From the IMG/VR virus record IMGVR_UViG_3300033068_001495, positions 522 to 64,521 of that record: DNA of 64,000 nt; one strand, 5' to 3'. This stretch comes from a virus (taxonomy: Duplodnaviria; Caudoviricetes). Numbering within the stretch: the stretch's first letter is position 1; every line of letters starts with the position of its first letter. Positions 9,049-17,405 of the stretch are shown here, piece after piece. The notes below the pieces were generated by a model. That model had not been told where the DNA came from. It searched no databases and saw nothing but the letters and a program-made list of their open reading frames with translations. Both the position numbers and the translations under genes were made by a program.

Positions 9049-9798
9049 GTGAAGGCCGCTGACGTGTGCACCGCGGTGCGCCGCCGGTACGGGTGCGAGC
9101 GCGACAACCTCGGGCCCGAGTGGGCGTCCCTCGCCGAGTTCACCCTCCGTCCCGGTGCTGGGGCGCAGCGCATCGACCTGCTGATGGTGCGCGCGTGGTC
9201 GGGCCGACCGAAGGGCCACGAGCGTGTCGCCATCGAGGTCAAGGTGTCCCGCTCGGACTTCCTCGCTGAGGTCGCAGCGCCGCACAAGCGGGCCCCGTTC
9301 GAGGCGATCAGCCACCGGTTCTACTTCGCCACCCCCGCGGGCCTCGTCCGCCCCGACGAGATGCCCGCGGGGTGTGGCCTGATCGAGGTGACCGACCGCC
9401 ACTCCGTCGTCTCGGTCGCGGCGCCCCGCCGCGCTGACCCCGACCCCGTCCCGGAGGAGGCGTTCGTCGAGGCGTTCCGCCGGGCGTCGCGCTTGGAGGC
9501 CAGGATCCGCCACGCCGACGGCAACGCCGAGCAGGTCGTCTCGCTGACCGCTGAGGTGGCGTCGCTGACGCAGAGCCTGACCAACCGGGACACAGCGCTC
9601 AGCGTCGAGCGTCGCCGCAGCCGTGAGCTGCTGGCCCTGCTGGCCGACGAGTTCGACGTCTTGTGCGCACGCTGCCAGGGGCCGCTCGTCGCGAAGCGTA
9701 CGGCAGGCAGGAGCTACTACTCGCTCAGCTGGGAGCACCGCGACGACGTCGACCACTTCCCGGAACCGGACGCTGTGACAGCGACGCGGCGATCGTAG
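9049..9798 (+). CDS. MmcB-like PD-(D/E)XK nuclease with coiled-coil C-terminus
   Basis: RIDLL...VAIEVKVSRSDFLAE...K...HRFYFATPAGLV..DEMP.GCGLIEV. Confidence 0.75.
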   Translation: MKAADVCTAVRRRYGCERDNLGPEWASLAEFTLRPGAGAQRIDLLMVRAWSGRPKGHERVAIEVKVSRSDFLAEVAAPHKRAPFEAISHRFYFATPAGLVRPDEMPAGCGLIEVTDRHSVVSVAAPRRADPDPVPEEAFVEAFRRASRLEARIRHADGNAEQVVSLTAEVASLTQSLTNRDTALSVERRRSRELLALLADEFDVLCARCQGPLVAKRTAGRSYYSLSWEHRDDVDHFPEPDAVTATRRS

Positions 9799-9804
9799 GA
9801 CGAT
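9792..9804 (-). promoter_or_regulatory. 13-bp operator copy upstream of a leaderless promoter
   Basis: ATCGTAGGACGAT is the reverse complement of ATCGTCCTACGAT; TACCAT at 9811-9816, ATG at 9824. Confidence 0.65.
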
Positions 9805-9823
9805 GACGGCTACCATCCGGCCT

Positions 9824-10693
9824 ATGGATCCCCACGCTGCAGCAGCGGTCGGCTTGGTCGAGCACTACCGGGACCACCCGCCCGACTACCGGGTGGTCGT
9901 CCCGTCGTACCAGCGGGCCGAGGCGTGCGGCGCGATGACGCTGACGATGCTGGAGCAGCACGACGTCGACCCCGACAAGGTCACCGTGTTCGTCGCCGAC
10001 GACGCCGAGGCCGAGACGTACCGTGAGGTGCTGGGCGACTGGCGGGTGGTCGTCGCCGCGCTGGGCACCGGGCACGCGCGCCGGTTCATCAGCGAGCACT
10101 ACCCGCCCGGGACCCGCCTGATCAGCTTCGACGACGACGTCTCGGAGATCCAGGCGAAGACCCCGGACGACAAGCTGGAGCCGTGGACCGGCACGATCGA
10201 CCACCTCGCGGCGCTCGGGTTCGGGCTCGCCGACGCCATCGACGCACGCCTGTGGGGCATCAACCCCACGGCCAACGGGCTGTTCCTCAGCCACGCCGCC
10301 ACGCTGGGCGAGCGGTTCGTCTGCGGGATCATGCACGGCTCGTACGCCGGTGACCCCGCGACCGTCGGCCCCGACCGATCGTTCCGGTCGTCAGGGGAGG
10401 ACTACGTGACGTGCCTCCGGTCGCTCGACCTGTACCGGAACGTCGCCCGGATCGAGTGGCTCGCCCCGAAGACCCGCTACTTCGCCGCCGGTGGCATCCA
10501 AGGCGAGTTGGGCGGGAAGCCCGAACGCCAGGCCGACAACACCGCGGCCCTCACCGAGATCGCCGAGCAGTGGCCACGCCGGGTGCGGCTCGTCGAGAAG
10601 GCAGGCGGCGTCACGTCGCTCAGGTTCCGATCGACTCGGGTCGTGGCCAAGGTGCCGCGCACCCCACTGGAGGAGGCAGCCGGTGTCGGATGA
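9824..10693 (+). CDS. TET-associated glycosyltransferase (TAGT / GREB1-C-like, GT-A fold)
   Basis: VVVPSYQRA, KVTVFV..AE..Y, GHARRFI, LISFDDD (DxD), LWGINP, EDYV..LRSL, GGIQ; near TET/JBP and ParB. Confidence 0.82.
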   Translation: MDPHAAAAVGLVEHYRDHPPDYRVVVPSYQRAEACGAMTLTMLEQHDVDPDKVTVFVADDAEAETYREVLGDWRVVVAALGTGHARRFISEHYPPGTRLISFDDDVSEIQAKTPDDKLEPWTGTIDHLAALGFGLADAIDARLWGINPTANGLFLSHAATLGERFVCGIMHGSYAGDPATVGPDRSFRSSGEDYVTCLRSLDLYRNVARIEWLAPKTRYFAAGGIQGELGGKPERQADNTAALTEIAEQWPRRVRLVEKAGGVTSLRFRSTRVVAKVPRTPLEEAAGVG

Positions 10694-11291
10694 ACGCTCG
10701 CTGGGCCACGGCCCCGCACCGAAGAAGGAGGACGGCGCCGCTCAGCAGCTGATCGACGCGCACCTCGAAGCGCGCCGGATCCGGGTGGAGAACCTGGAGC
10801 TGCAGGGCCTGTCGCAGCGGCGCATCGCTGACGCTGTCGGGGTGAACGTCGCGCAGGTCAACCGGGACCTCGCCGTGGTCCGTGCGGCCCGCCGGGAGGC
10901 GTTCGGTGCGTCGACGGTGCTGCACAACCGGGACCTCAGCGCCGCCCGCCTGGAGAACGAGCGTCGCCAGGTGCTCGTCGACATGGCCGGTGACCCCGGC
11001 GACCCCACCGCGACACCGCCCCGCCCGGCGAAGGCCCCGTCCCTCACGGCGTGGCAGGGCCACCGACTGCTGCTGCAGATCGAGAAGCAGCGCGCCGAGC
11101 TGATGGGCCTGAACGTACCCACCCGGATCCACCTGGCGGAGATCCCCGCTGGCGAGGCCGACACGTCGGGTCTGGAAGAGGCGCCCCGCGCCCGCACGCT
11201 GGCCGACCTGCTCGGCGACGACGCAGGCACGGTGAAGCCGTCCGAGTTGGCCAAGGTGCTGCACATGGCCACCCACCGGAGCGCATCATGA
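10683..11291 (+). CDS. terS: terminase small subunit (N-terminal HTH)
   Basis: RRIRVENLELQGLSQRRIADAVGVNVAQVNRDL HTH; coiled coil then LLQIEKQRAELMGLNVP; upstream of the terL ATPase gene. Confidence 0.7.
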   Translation: MSDERSLGHGPAPKKEDGAAQQLIDAHLEARRIRVENLELQGLSQRRIADAVGVNVAQVNRDLAVVRAARREAFGASTVLHNRDLSAARLENERRQVLVDMAGDPGDPTATPPRPAKAPSLTAWQGHRLLLQIEKQRAELMGLNVPTRIHLAEIPAGEADTSGLEEAPRARTLADLLGDDAGTVKPSELAKVLHMATHRSAS

Positions 11292-11422
11292 TCCGGGCGT
11301 CGGTCATCGCGTTCTTCGTGTCGCTGCTGCTGCTGTCGTCGGCGCAACTGTTCGGGTGCGACCCGGCCGCCCTGCCGTGCCCACCGGCATCGTGCATCGT
11401 GAACGTGCCGGGCCCGCCGTGA
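11288..11422 (+). CDS. small secreted or lipoprotein-like peptide
   Basis: Hydrophobic N-terminus ending LFGC; ATGA/GTGA coupling. Confidence 0.5.
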   Translation: MIRASVIAFFVSLLLLSSAQLFGCDPAALPCPPASCIVNVPGPP

Positions 11423-11631
11423 CCCCCGACCTGTCCGCCCTGTTCTACGCGGCGTGCGCCGAGGTGGCCGACGGGCGCATCGCCGAGATCGAGATCGACG
11501 ACGTCACCGAGAACTCACTCGAAGGCACCGAGCGGCGCGTCACGATCGTCGTGCGCCGCGAGGCCCGCCCCATGGTGGTGATGGGCCCGATGCGCTCGGA
11601 CGGCACGATCGGCGATACCGACGACACGTAA
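11419..11631 (+). CDS. hypothetical protein
   Basis: GTGA-coupled, 70 aa. Confidence 0.55.
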   Translation: MTPDLSALFYAACAEVADGRIAEIEIDDVTENSLEGTERRVTIVVRREARPMVVMGPMRSDGTIGDTDDT

Positions 11632-11637
11632 GACGTT
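11625..11637 (-). promoter_or_regulatory. 13-bp operator copy
   Basis: CACGTAAGACGTT (reverse complement AACGTCTTACGTG); TACGCT at 11642-11647; ATG at 11655. Confidence 0.6.
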
Positions 11638-11654
11638 GGGGTACGCTCCCACGC

Positions 11655-11999
11655 ATGGCGAAACCGTTCAACGTGCGCATGGAAGACGACCTCCGAGCAG
11701 CGATCGACGAGCGCGTCGCGGCCGGTGAGGCGACGAACGCATCCCAGTGGGCCCGTGAGGCGCTGGCCGGAGTCATCGAACTCGGTGGGCTCGACACGCT
11801 GCGCAGCGCGACGGAGATGGTCGGCCGCACCGGCACCGGCCCCCAGCCCCATCCCGCCCGGGCGCTCCAGCTGCAGGGCCGTGAGCAGCCCGGCACGCTG
11901 GGCCGCAGCGTCGTGGCCACCGACGGGCCCCGCGCCGGGGTGACCCGCCAGCCCGACGCCGAGCCCCGACGCCAGTTCGGCCTGAGCCAGCGCTCGTGA
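11655..11999 (+). CDS. ribbon-helix-helix (Arc/CopG-like) DNA-binding protein
   Basis: MAKPFNVRMEDDLRAAIDERVAAGEATNASQWAREAL fits the strand-helix-turn-helix RHH pattern. Confidence 0.75.
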   Translation: MAKPFNVRMEDDLRAAIDERVAAGEATNASQWAREALAGVIELGGLDTLRSATEMVGRTGTGPQPHPARALQLQGREQPGTLGRSVVATDGPRAGVTRQPDAEPRRQFGLSQRS

Positions 12000-12772
12000 C
12001 ACTCCTGGAGGACCCGCCGCCGCCCGAGCTGGCCCTCCCTCCGGCGCTGCTGGAGCTGCCCCTCGACGAGCTGAACGAGTACCTACGCCGCGAGAACCTC
12101 GGTGTGTGGGTGGAGCAGGTGCGAGGCCTGGACAACTCGGCGCTCCACTGGGAGTGGGCCGACCTCGCCATGACCGAACGCCGCCTGTGCGTCGTCGCTC
12201 CCCGCGACCACGCGAAGACCGAGACGTTCACCGTGAACCAGCTGGCATGGCGGATCGTCTACACCCCGGGGATCAAGTGCCTGGCGTTCACGTCGGAAGG
12301 CGAGTTGGCCAAGGAGCTGAAGGCCCGGATCGACGAGGCCGTCGCGCAGGCCCGCCCGGAGCTGCTCGCCGAGGCCGTCGAGCGGTCAGCGAAGAAGACG
12401 ATCTACGGGAACGGCGCGACGCTGCAGGTGCGGTCCACCGGCCAGAAGGTGCGCGGCATGCACCCGGACGTCATCGTCGGCGACGACGTGCTGGAGGAGG
12501 GCAACACGCTGACCCACTACCAGCGGCTGAAGGTCCAGCGGTGGTGGTTCGGCACGGTCGAGGGCATGGGCCATCCCGGAACGTGGCGCGTCGTCGGCCG
12601 CCACCGGGTGTGGTTCCCCGCGACGGTCATCCATCTTGTCGGCACCCCGTTCCACGCGTCGGACCTGCTGATGGGCATGCGGACGAACCCCGTCTACCGG
12701 TTCCGCCGGTACGCTGCCGAGTTCCATCCCGGCGACCTCGTCCCCGGGACCATGGCCGTCGAGGCGCTGTGA
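11996..12772 (+). CDS. terL: terminase large subunit, ATPase half only (split gene)
   Basis: VVAPRDHAKT (Walker A), VRGMHPDVIVGDD (Walker B), HLVGTPFHASDLL (motif III); 258 aa with no nuclease domain. Confidence 0.88.
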   Translation: MTLLEDPPPPELALPPALLELPLDELNEYLRRENLGVWVEQVRGLDNSALHWEWADLAMTERRLCVVAPRDHAKTETFTVNQLAWRIVYTPGIKCLAFTSEGELAKELKARIDEAVAQARPELLAEAVERSAKKTIYGNGATLQVRSTGQKVRGMHPDVIVGDDVLEEGNTLTHYQRLKVQRWWFGTVEGMGHPGTWRVVGRHRVWFPATVIHLVGTPFHASDLLMGMRTNPVYRFRRYAAEFHPGDLVPGTMAVEAL

Positions 12773-12951
12773 CCGTCTGCGAGAGCTGCCAGATCCCGTC
12801 GACCTGCGAGGGCGGGCTGGAGGTCGACCCCGACACCGGTCTGTGCCTGGCGTGCCAGCCGTGCCCCGACTGCGGCCGGTCCGACACCGACTGCGACTTC
12901 TCCATGTGCCGGACTCTCGATCGCCCCGTCTCGGATCGGTTCACCGGTTGA
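12769..12951 (+). CDS. Cys-rich small protein
   Basis: CESC, CLAC, CPDC and further Cys residues in 60 aa. Confidence 0.55.
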   Translation: MTVCESCQIPSTCEGGLEVDPDTGLCLACQPCPDCGRSDTDCDFSMCRTLDRPVSDRFTG

Positions 12952-13295
12952 TGCCGACTATGACGTTGGACCTGCCAGAGGACGAGGACCGCGGCCCGCA
13001 CGTCGACGACATCGTCGTGACGTGCACGCGGGTCTACCGGGTGGCCGACGTGCGCCCGGTCGATTCCCGGCAGTGGTGCAACCGGTGGCGGCTCACGACC
13101 GAGCTGATCGGTGTGCGCACCTTCCGAGCGCGGGCGGGCGAGTGGGCCCGGTTCTCGGCGCTGGAGGTAGAAGTCCCGGGCAAGCCCGGGGTGACCGGGT
13201 TCCCGACCGTCGAGCACGACACGAAGATCCACTGGACGATCCGGGCGCTGCCCCACGAGACGCCCGCTGAGTTCTTCGCTCGCGTCAGGGGCTGA
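12951..13295 (+). CDS. hypothetical protein
   Basis: TGATG-coupled, 114 aa. Confidence 0.55.
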   Translation: MPTMTLDLPEDEDRGPHVDDIVVTCTRVYRVADVRPVDSRQWCNRWRLTTELIGVRTFRARAGEWARFSALEVEVPGKPGVTGFPTVEHDTKIHWTIRALPHETPAEFFARVRG

Positions 13296-13334
13296 TACCC
13301 CGCCCACCTGCGCCGGGTGGGTACCCTCGTGGTT

Positions 13335-13646
13335 GTGGCTGCTGACGACGTCCCGCTTCGTGAGTACGTGGACATGCGGTTCCAGCAGTCCCAGCAGGCC
13401 GTCGACCGTGCCCTGGCCGCAGCCGACCGGGAGACTGCCGCTGCGCTCGCTGCAGCAGAGAAGGCGGTCGACAAGGCCGAGGCCGCGGCGAACGAGTGGC
13501 GCAAATCGGCCAACGAGTGGCGTGGCGCGATGACGGACCGTGAGCGCAACTTCTTGCCGCGCCGCGAGTTCTACGTGATCGTGGGCACGATGGCCGTCGT
13601 CATCGGGCTGGGCGTGTCGATCCTCTCGATCCTCAGACCCATCTGA
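13335..13646 (+). CDS. coiled-coil protein with C-terminal TM helix
   Basis: PLREYVDMRF...AEKAVDKAEAAANEW...NEWRGAM then TM helix; leaderless start 7 nt after TACCCT (13322-13327). Confidence 0.65.
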   Translation: MAADDVPLREYVDMRFQQSQQAVDRALAAADRETAAALAAAEKAVDKAEAAANEWRKSANEWRGAMTDRERNFLPRREFYVIVGTMAVVIGLGVSILSILRPI

Positions 13647-13649
13647 GGT

Positions 13650-13662
13650 ATCGTCTTACGAC
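13650..13662 (+). promoter_or_regulatory. 13-bp operator copy overlapping -10 (TATCGT)
   Basis: ATCGTCTTACGAC directly before ATG 13663. Confidence 0.65.
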
Positions 13663-14139
13663 ATGAACTCAACCACACGCACCCGCTCCGTCCTCACCTT
13701 GCTCTCGACGAGCACCCACGTCGACGAGTTCGACGACGGGACCGTCATGGCCACGTACGGCAACACCGACACCGAGCGGGAGGAGAACCCCGCCCGGTAC
13801 CGCACGGTCATCGTCGACCAGGAACTGCGCGGCGAGCTGGGCGACCCGGAGCTGATCACCATCACGATCGAGCCCGGCGACCGGCTCAACATCGAGGACG
13901 AGGACATCCCCGAGCCGACCTACGGCAACGCGACGTTCGAGGTGTACCAGCGCGAGGACAACAAGTTCGACTGGCGCCTGAAGCACGAGAACGGGAACGT
14001 CGTCGCGACGTCGGGCGGGCAGGGCTACGAGACGGCCGGGTCCGCGTTCGAGATCGGCCGCCGGGTCATCAGCAGCGGGTACAACATCTCCCTGGAGCCC
14101 ACCGGGCCGCTGCACTTCACGAAGCCCTCCGACACGTAA
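13663..14139 (+). CDS. protein with C-terminal YegP/DUF1508-like domain
   Basis: FEVYQREDNKFDWRLKHENGNVVATSGGQGYE fits the YegP pattern; N-terminal half unrelated. Confidence 0.65.
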   Translation: MNSTTRTRSVLTLLSTSTHVDEFDDGTVMATYGNTDTEREENPARYRTVIVDQELRGELGDPELITITIEPGDRLNIEDEDIPEPTYGNATFEVYQREDNKFDWRLKHENGNVVATSGGQGYETAGSAFEIGRRVISSGYNISLEPTGPLHFTKPSDT

Positions 14140-14167
14140 GCCATGGCCGTAGGCGCCCCTTCGGGGT

Positions 14168-14180
14168 AGTGTCTTACGCA
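14168..14180 (+). promoter_or_regulatory. 13-bp operator copy overlapping -10 (TAGTGT)
   Basis: AGTGTCTTACGCA; ATG at 14180. Confidence 0.55.
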
Positions 14181-14347
14181 TGGTCGAGGTTGACCCGCTG
14201 CTCGTCGAGGAGATCGAAGAGGCCATGAGCCTCCCGATCGGCCACGTGAAGGACGTCCTCCCGGACGGCCACATCCGCGTGCTCCTCACGGGCGACGGGC
14301 TCGACCTGTTGGCCTTCGGCTTCCTGGCTATCAACAACGAGGAGTGA
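14180..14347 (+). CDS. small hypothetical protein (55 aa)
   Basis: MVEVDPLLVEEIEEAMSLPIGH...INNEE*; leaderless start; not in the ORF track. Confidence 0.55.
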   Translation: MVEVDPLLVEEIEEAMSLPIGHVKDVLPDGHIRVLLTGDGLDLLAFGFLAINNEE

Positions 14348-14350
14348 CAG

Positions 14351-14848
14351 ATGCGTGGAGAGAGCGGGACCCAGCTGGGCCTCGGGCTCGACGTGCGACA
14401 GGTCGGCGAGATCCGGACGTACCAGTTCGTGTTCCCGTTCCTGCCGCCGTCGAAGAACCAGTACGACTCATGGCAGGGCCCATGGAAGTCCTCTGCGAAG
14501 GCGAAGTGGATCAAGCACACGGCGCGCATCGCCGACGAGCTGGGCGTCACCGACGCCGGGTTCACCCGCATCGGGCTGTCGGCCCGGCTCGTGTTCCCCA
14601 CGAACCAGCGGCGCGACCCCCAGAACTACGCGCAGACGCTGTGGCACTTCTTCCCCGACGCGCTGCAGCGGTGCGGGGTGCTCGTCGACGACCGCGACGG
14701 CGCGATCGACTGGGGCCCGAACCTTGGGCTGCAGCTCCACGTCGACAACCGGCCGGGCAAGGCGAAGACGTCACGCAAGCGCACGATCGTGATCGTGTCG
14801 GCACGGGTGCTGCCGGACCGCACCTCCGAGCACCTGGAGCGTGGATGA
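14351..14848 (+). CDS. rusA: RusA-like Holliday junction resolvase / endodeoxyribonuclease
   Basis: LPPSKN, RRDPQN (RRDxDN variant), DALQRCGVLVDD. Confidence 0.6.
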   Translation: MRGESGTQLGLGLDVRQVGEIRTYQFVFPFLPPSKNQYDSWQGPWKSSAKAKWIKHTARIADELGVTDAGFTRIGLSARLVFPTNQRRDPQNYAQTLWHFFPDALQRCGVLVDDRDGAIDWGPNLGLQLHVDNRPGKAKTSRKRTIVIVSARVLPDRTSEHLERG

Positions 14849-15381
14849 TGGGCTTCGACCCCAGCAGGGTGACGGCCAGGAAGTCGACCCTGAAACCGGT
14901 GCACGTCACGGACCTCCCGACGGAGCCGACCCCCGTGGTCATCTGCTTCGACGACGGCCGAGACGACGTCCACTGCTACGCGACGGCCGAGGGCGGGAAC
15001 CTTCACCTGTCGGGGCTGCCCGACATGACCTTCCCGATCGGCAACGGCCGCATCGTGCTCGAAGGAGCACCCGGCGTCGTGCTCGGGGCCTTCGACGACA
15101 GCGCGATGGCGGTCATGCCACCACTCGACGACCCGCCCCCACATCTCCAGCAGACCCACCTCTTCCAGTGGTTCCCCGAGGGCATGATGACGGGCTCCGG
15201 CCGGGTGCCGCCGCACGGCCCCGACTACGGCGTCACGCTGACCGTCGGCCGCCTGCGCGCGCTGATGGCAGACCTGCCCGAGGCGATGCCCGTTGGGATC
15301 GTGTACGACGACGGCACCGGCAACGCCATCGTCACGTCGGTGTTCGTGCAGGGCGACGAGATGCACATCGGGCAGGACTGA
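14845..15381 (+). CDS. hypothetical protein
   Basis: ATGA-coupled; ends in a LTVGRLRALMADLP domain. Confidence 0.55.
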   Translation: MMGFDPSRVTARKSTLKPVHVTDLPTEPTPVVICFDDGRDDVHCYATAEGGNLHLSGLPDMTFPIGNGRIVLEGAPGVVLGAFDDSAMAVMPPLDDPPPHLQQTHLFQWFPEGMMTGSGRVPPHGPDYGVTLTVGRLRALMADLPEAMPVGIVYDDGTGNAIVTSVFVQGDEMHIGQD

Positions 15382-15518
15382 TGGGCCTCGTCCAGCGCGT
15401 GAACGAGTGGGGTCAGAAGCCTGCGTACGGCGGCAAGTGGTGGTTCGAGCTGTCCATCGTGGTGGGTGCCCTCGCCGGATTCTCGATGGCGATGCTGGCC
15501 TTGTCGGTGATGCGCTGA
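15381..15518 (+). CDS. small membrane protein
   Basis: C-terminal TM helix; TGATG coupling. Confidence 0.5.
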   Translation: MGLVQRVNEWGQKPAYGGKWWFELSIVVGALAGFSMAMLALSVMR

Positions 15519-15718
15519 TGGGCCGCCCCGATGACACCGTGCTGTGGGAGCCGAAGCCGGTTGGCCGCCAGCTGACCGTCAGCGACCTGCGGGCCGTGCT
15601 CGCGGGTCTTCCAGATGGCATGGCCGTCGTGATCGCCCAGCAGGGCGGCGGCCAGGAAGTCGACCCCGAGACGATCTACGTCTACCGTGGCCGCCTACGC
15701 ATCGAGTCGAGCTACTGA
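15518..15718 (+). CDS. hypothetical protein
   Basis: LTVSDLRAVLAGLPDGMAV domain; TGATG coupling. Confidence 0.55.
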   Translation: MGRPDDTVLWEPKPVGRQLTVSDLRAVLAGLPDGMAVVIAQQGGGQEVDPETIYVYRGRLRIESSY

Positions 15719-16089
15719 TGGAGGATCCGTACGCCGATCTGATGCGCCGTGCGCTCGGTGCCGGGCAGTCCCCGAAGGGCCCGGACCACAAGCCGAGCCC
15801 GGACCACGACGACGCCGAGTCGATCCGGGCGAACATCCGTGTCCTCCGCCCGGGCGCGCCGCCGTTCGACTGCACCGCGGAGATGGTGATCGAGCCCGAC
15901 GTCGTGAAGGTCCGCCGGTTCAAGGCCTCGGGGCTCCCGGCCGGGCCGTTCCCGACAGGCACCCGGTATCAGCTGCCCGCGACGATGCGGTTCAACGTGC
16001 CGGTCGTGATCGACGACGGGTCCGGCATGCCGGTCCGCATGGGTCGCGTGAACCGGGCGGATCGCCGGAAGGCCGCACGCCGCCGGTGA
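15718..16089 (+). CDS. hypothetical protein
   Basis: Coupled ORF ending NRADRRKAARRR. Confidence 0.55.
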   Translation: MEDPYADLMRRALGAGQSPKGPDHKPSPDHDDAESIRANIRVLRPGAPPFDCTAEMVIEPDVVKVRRFKASGLPAGPFPTGTRYQLPATMRFNVPVVIDDGSGMPVRMGRVNRADRRKAARRR

Positions 16090-16391
16090 GCACACCCGTC
16101 GTCTCCTATGCCGAACTCCGGAATCTCGACCCAGCAGATCGGCAGGACGTGAACGTGTGGATCGCGGAGACGTTCGACTGGGCGGTCGTGTCGATACGGC
16201 TGTTCGGAGAAGGCGCGGTCGAGCTGATGTGTGTGGCGGGCGCGAAACGGTCGGACGTCGTTGACGGGTGCCTGCACACATTCACCGCCTACGAAGACGG
16301 CTGTGCCCGCGGCGTGCTCACTACGCGCCGGGTCGTGAACGTCTCGGCGATGCCCCCTCCGCTCCTGAGGCTGCTCGTCGGCGTAGCCTGA
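16086..16391 (+). CDS. hypothetical protein
   Basis: GTGA-coupled; more A/T-ending codons than its neighbours. Confidence 0.5.
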   Translation: MSTPVVSYAELRNLDPADRQDVNVWIAETFDWAVVSIRLFGEGAVELMCVAGAKRSDVVDGCLHTFTAYEDGCARGVLTTRRVVNVSAMPPPLLRLLVGVA

Positions 16392-16396
16392 ACGGC

Positions 16397-16585
16397 ATGG
16401 CCGTCAGCCGTCACGGGAAGTCGATCAAGCTGCCTCGGGTGTACGAGGCGCTGCGCCGCAAGGGCTACACGAAGGCGAAGGCCGCCGCGATCAGCAACGG
16501 GCTGTGGCGCCGGAAGCGTGGGCTGCCACCGAAGTCGGCCCGCGGTGCCAAGGGCCGGACACGCCGCCGAAGTCGTCGACGCTGA
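16397..16585 (+). CDS. small highly basic protein (SIK...YEALRRKG..KAKAAAISN motif)
   Basis: Motif typical of a small actinobacterial and phage family; Arg/Lys-rich tail. Confidence 0.65.
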   Translation: MAVSRHGKSIKLPRVYEALRRKGYTKAKAAAISNGLWRRKRGLPPKSARGAKGRTRRRSRRR

Positions 16586-16597
16586 GCGTAAGACGCG
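16585..16597 (-). promoter_or_regulatory. 13-bp operator copy
   Basis: AGCGTAAGACGCG; TACCGT at 16599-16604; ATG at 16612. Confidence 0.6.
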
Positions 16598-16611
16598 CTA
16601 CCGTGACCCGC

Positions 16612-17202
16612 ATGGCCCAGACGATCGTGATCAACCTCCCCGGGTGCGACGACGACACGGACGGGTCGCAGCCATCCGAGCGTGAACTCCTCACGCTCCT
16701 CATCTCACAGAACGAGGCTCTGATGACCGAACTGCTCGAACTCCGCGAAGCCGTCGCACGCGTCGACACCGTCACGCACTCCGCGGTGGCCCTCATCGAA
16801 GGGCTCGCTGCCCGCCTGGAAGAGGTCGCCGGTGACGAGGCCGCCGTCCGCGCCCTCGCCGCCGAGCTGACTGAGGACGCCGGTGCGCTCGGTGCAGCGG
16901 TCGAGGCGAACACCCCGGCCCCGCCCGCCGACGTGCCCGTCGAGGACCCGGGCGAGCCGACGCAGCCCGTCGACGAGGTGCCCGCCGACACCGAGGGCGA
17001 GACGTCCGACCCGCCGGTCGAGACGCCCGCCGTGCCCACCCCCGACGCTCCCGTCGAGGATCCGGGCCCGGTCGAGAACCCCGCCCCCGCGGACGAGAAC
17101 TCCACGGAGACGATCATCGAGCCGGACGCACCGACGACCGAGACGGTCACCGACGGCGAGGCTCCGGCCACCGCCGACCGCGCCGCCCTGCGCGACATCT
17201 GA
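16612..17202 (+). CDS. helical phage protein with Pro/acidic tail
   Basis: LREAVARVDTVTHSAVALIEGLAARL...LAAEL...LGAAVEANTP, a pattern common in phage virion-associated hypotheticals. Confidence 0.65.
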   Translation: MAQTIVINLPGCDDDTDGSQPSERELLTLLISQNEALMTELLELREAVARVDTVTHSAVALIEGLAARLEEVAGDEAAVRALAAELTEDAGALGAAVEANTPAPPADVPVEDPGEPTQPVDEVPADTEGETSDPPVETPAVPTPDAPVEDPGPVENPAPADENSTETIIEPDAPTTETVTDGEAPATADRAALRDI

Positions 17203-17265
17203 CTCGCTGCCCCGCTCGCATACCGGCTAGGGCCGCGCGGGGCGCACAGCTACACCACATAGAGC

Positions 17266-17397
17266 GCCCCGGCCACGTCGCCGGGGCCGAGGGAAGGGAC
17301 GGGTCACCACGGATGGTGGCCCGTTCCCGCGCCCGGGCTGGTATCGTCGCCGGTGCCCACCCCGGGTGAGCAGTGCTCGGTCTGGCCCGGGGTGGGC
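17266..17397 (+). ncRNA. tandem hairpin region (candidate structured RNA or terminator set)
   Basis: Stems 17266-17273/17280-17287, 17296-17309/17314-17328 and 17355-17366/17386-17397. Confidence 0.35.
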
Positions 17398-17405
17398 GCC
17401 CCCTC

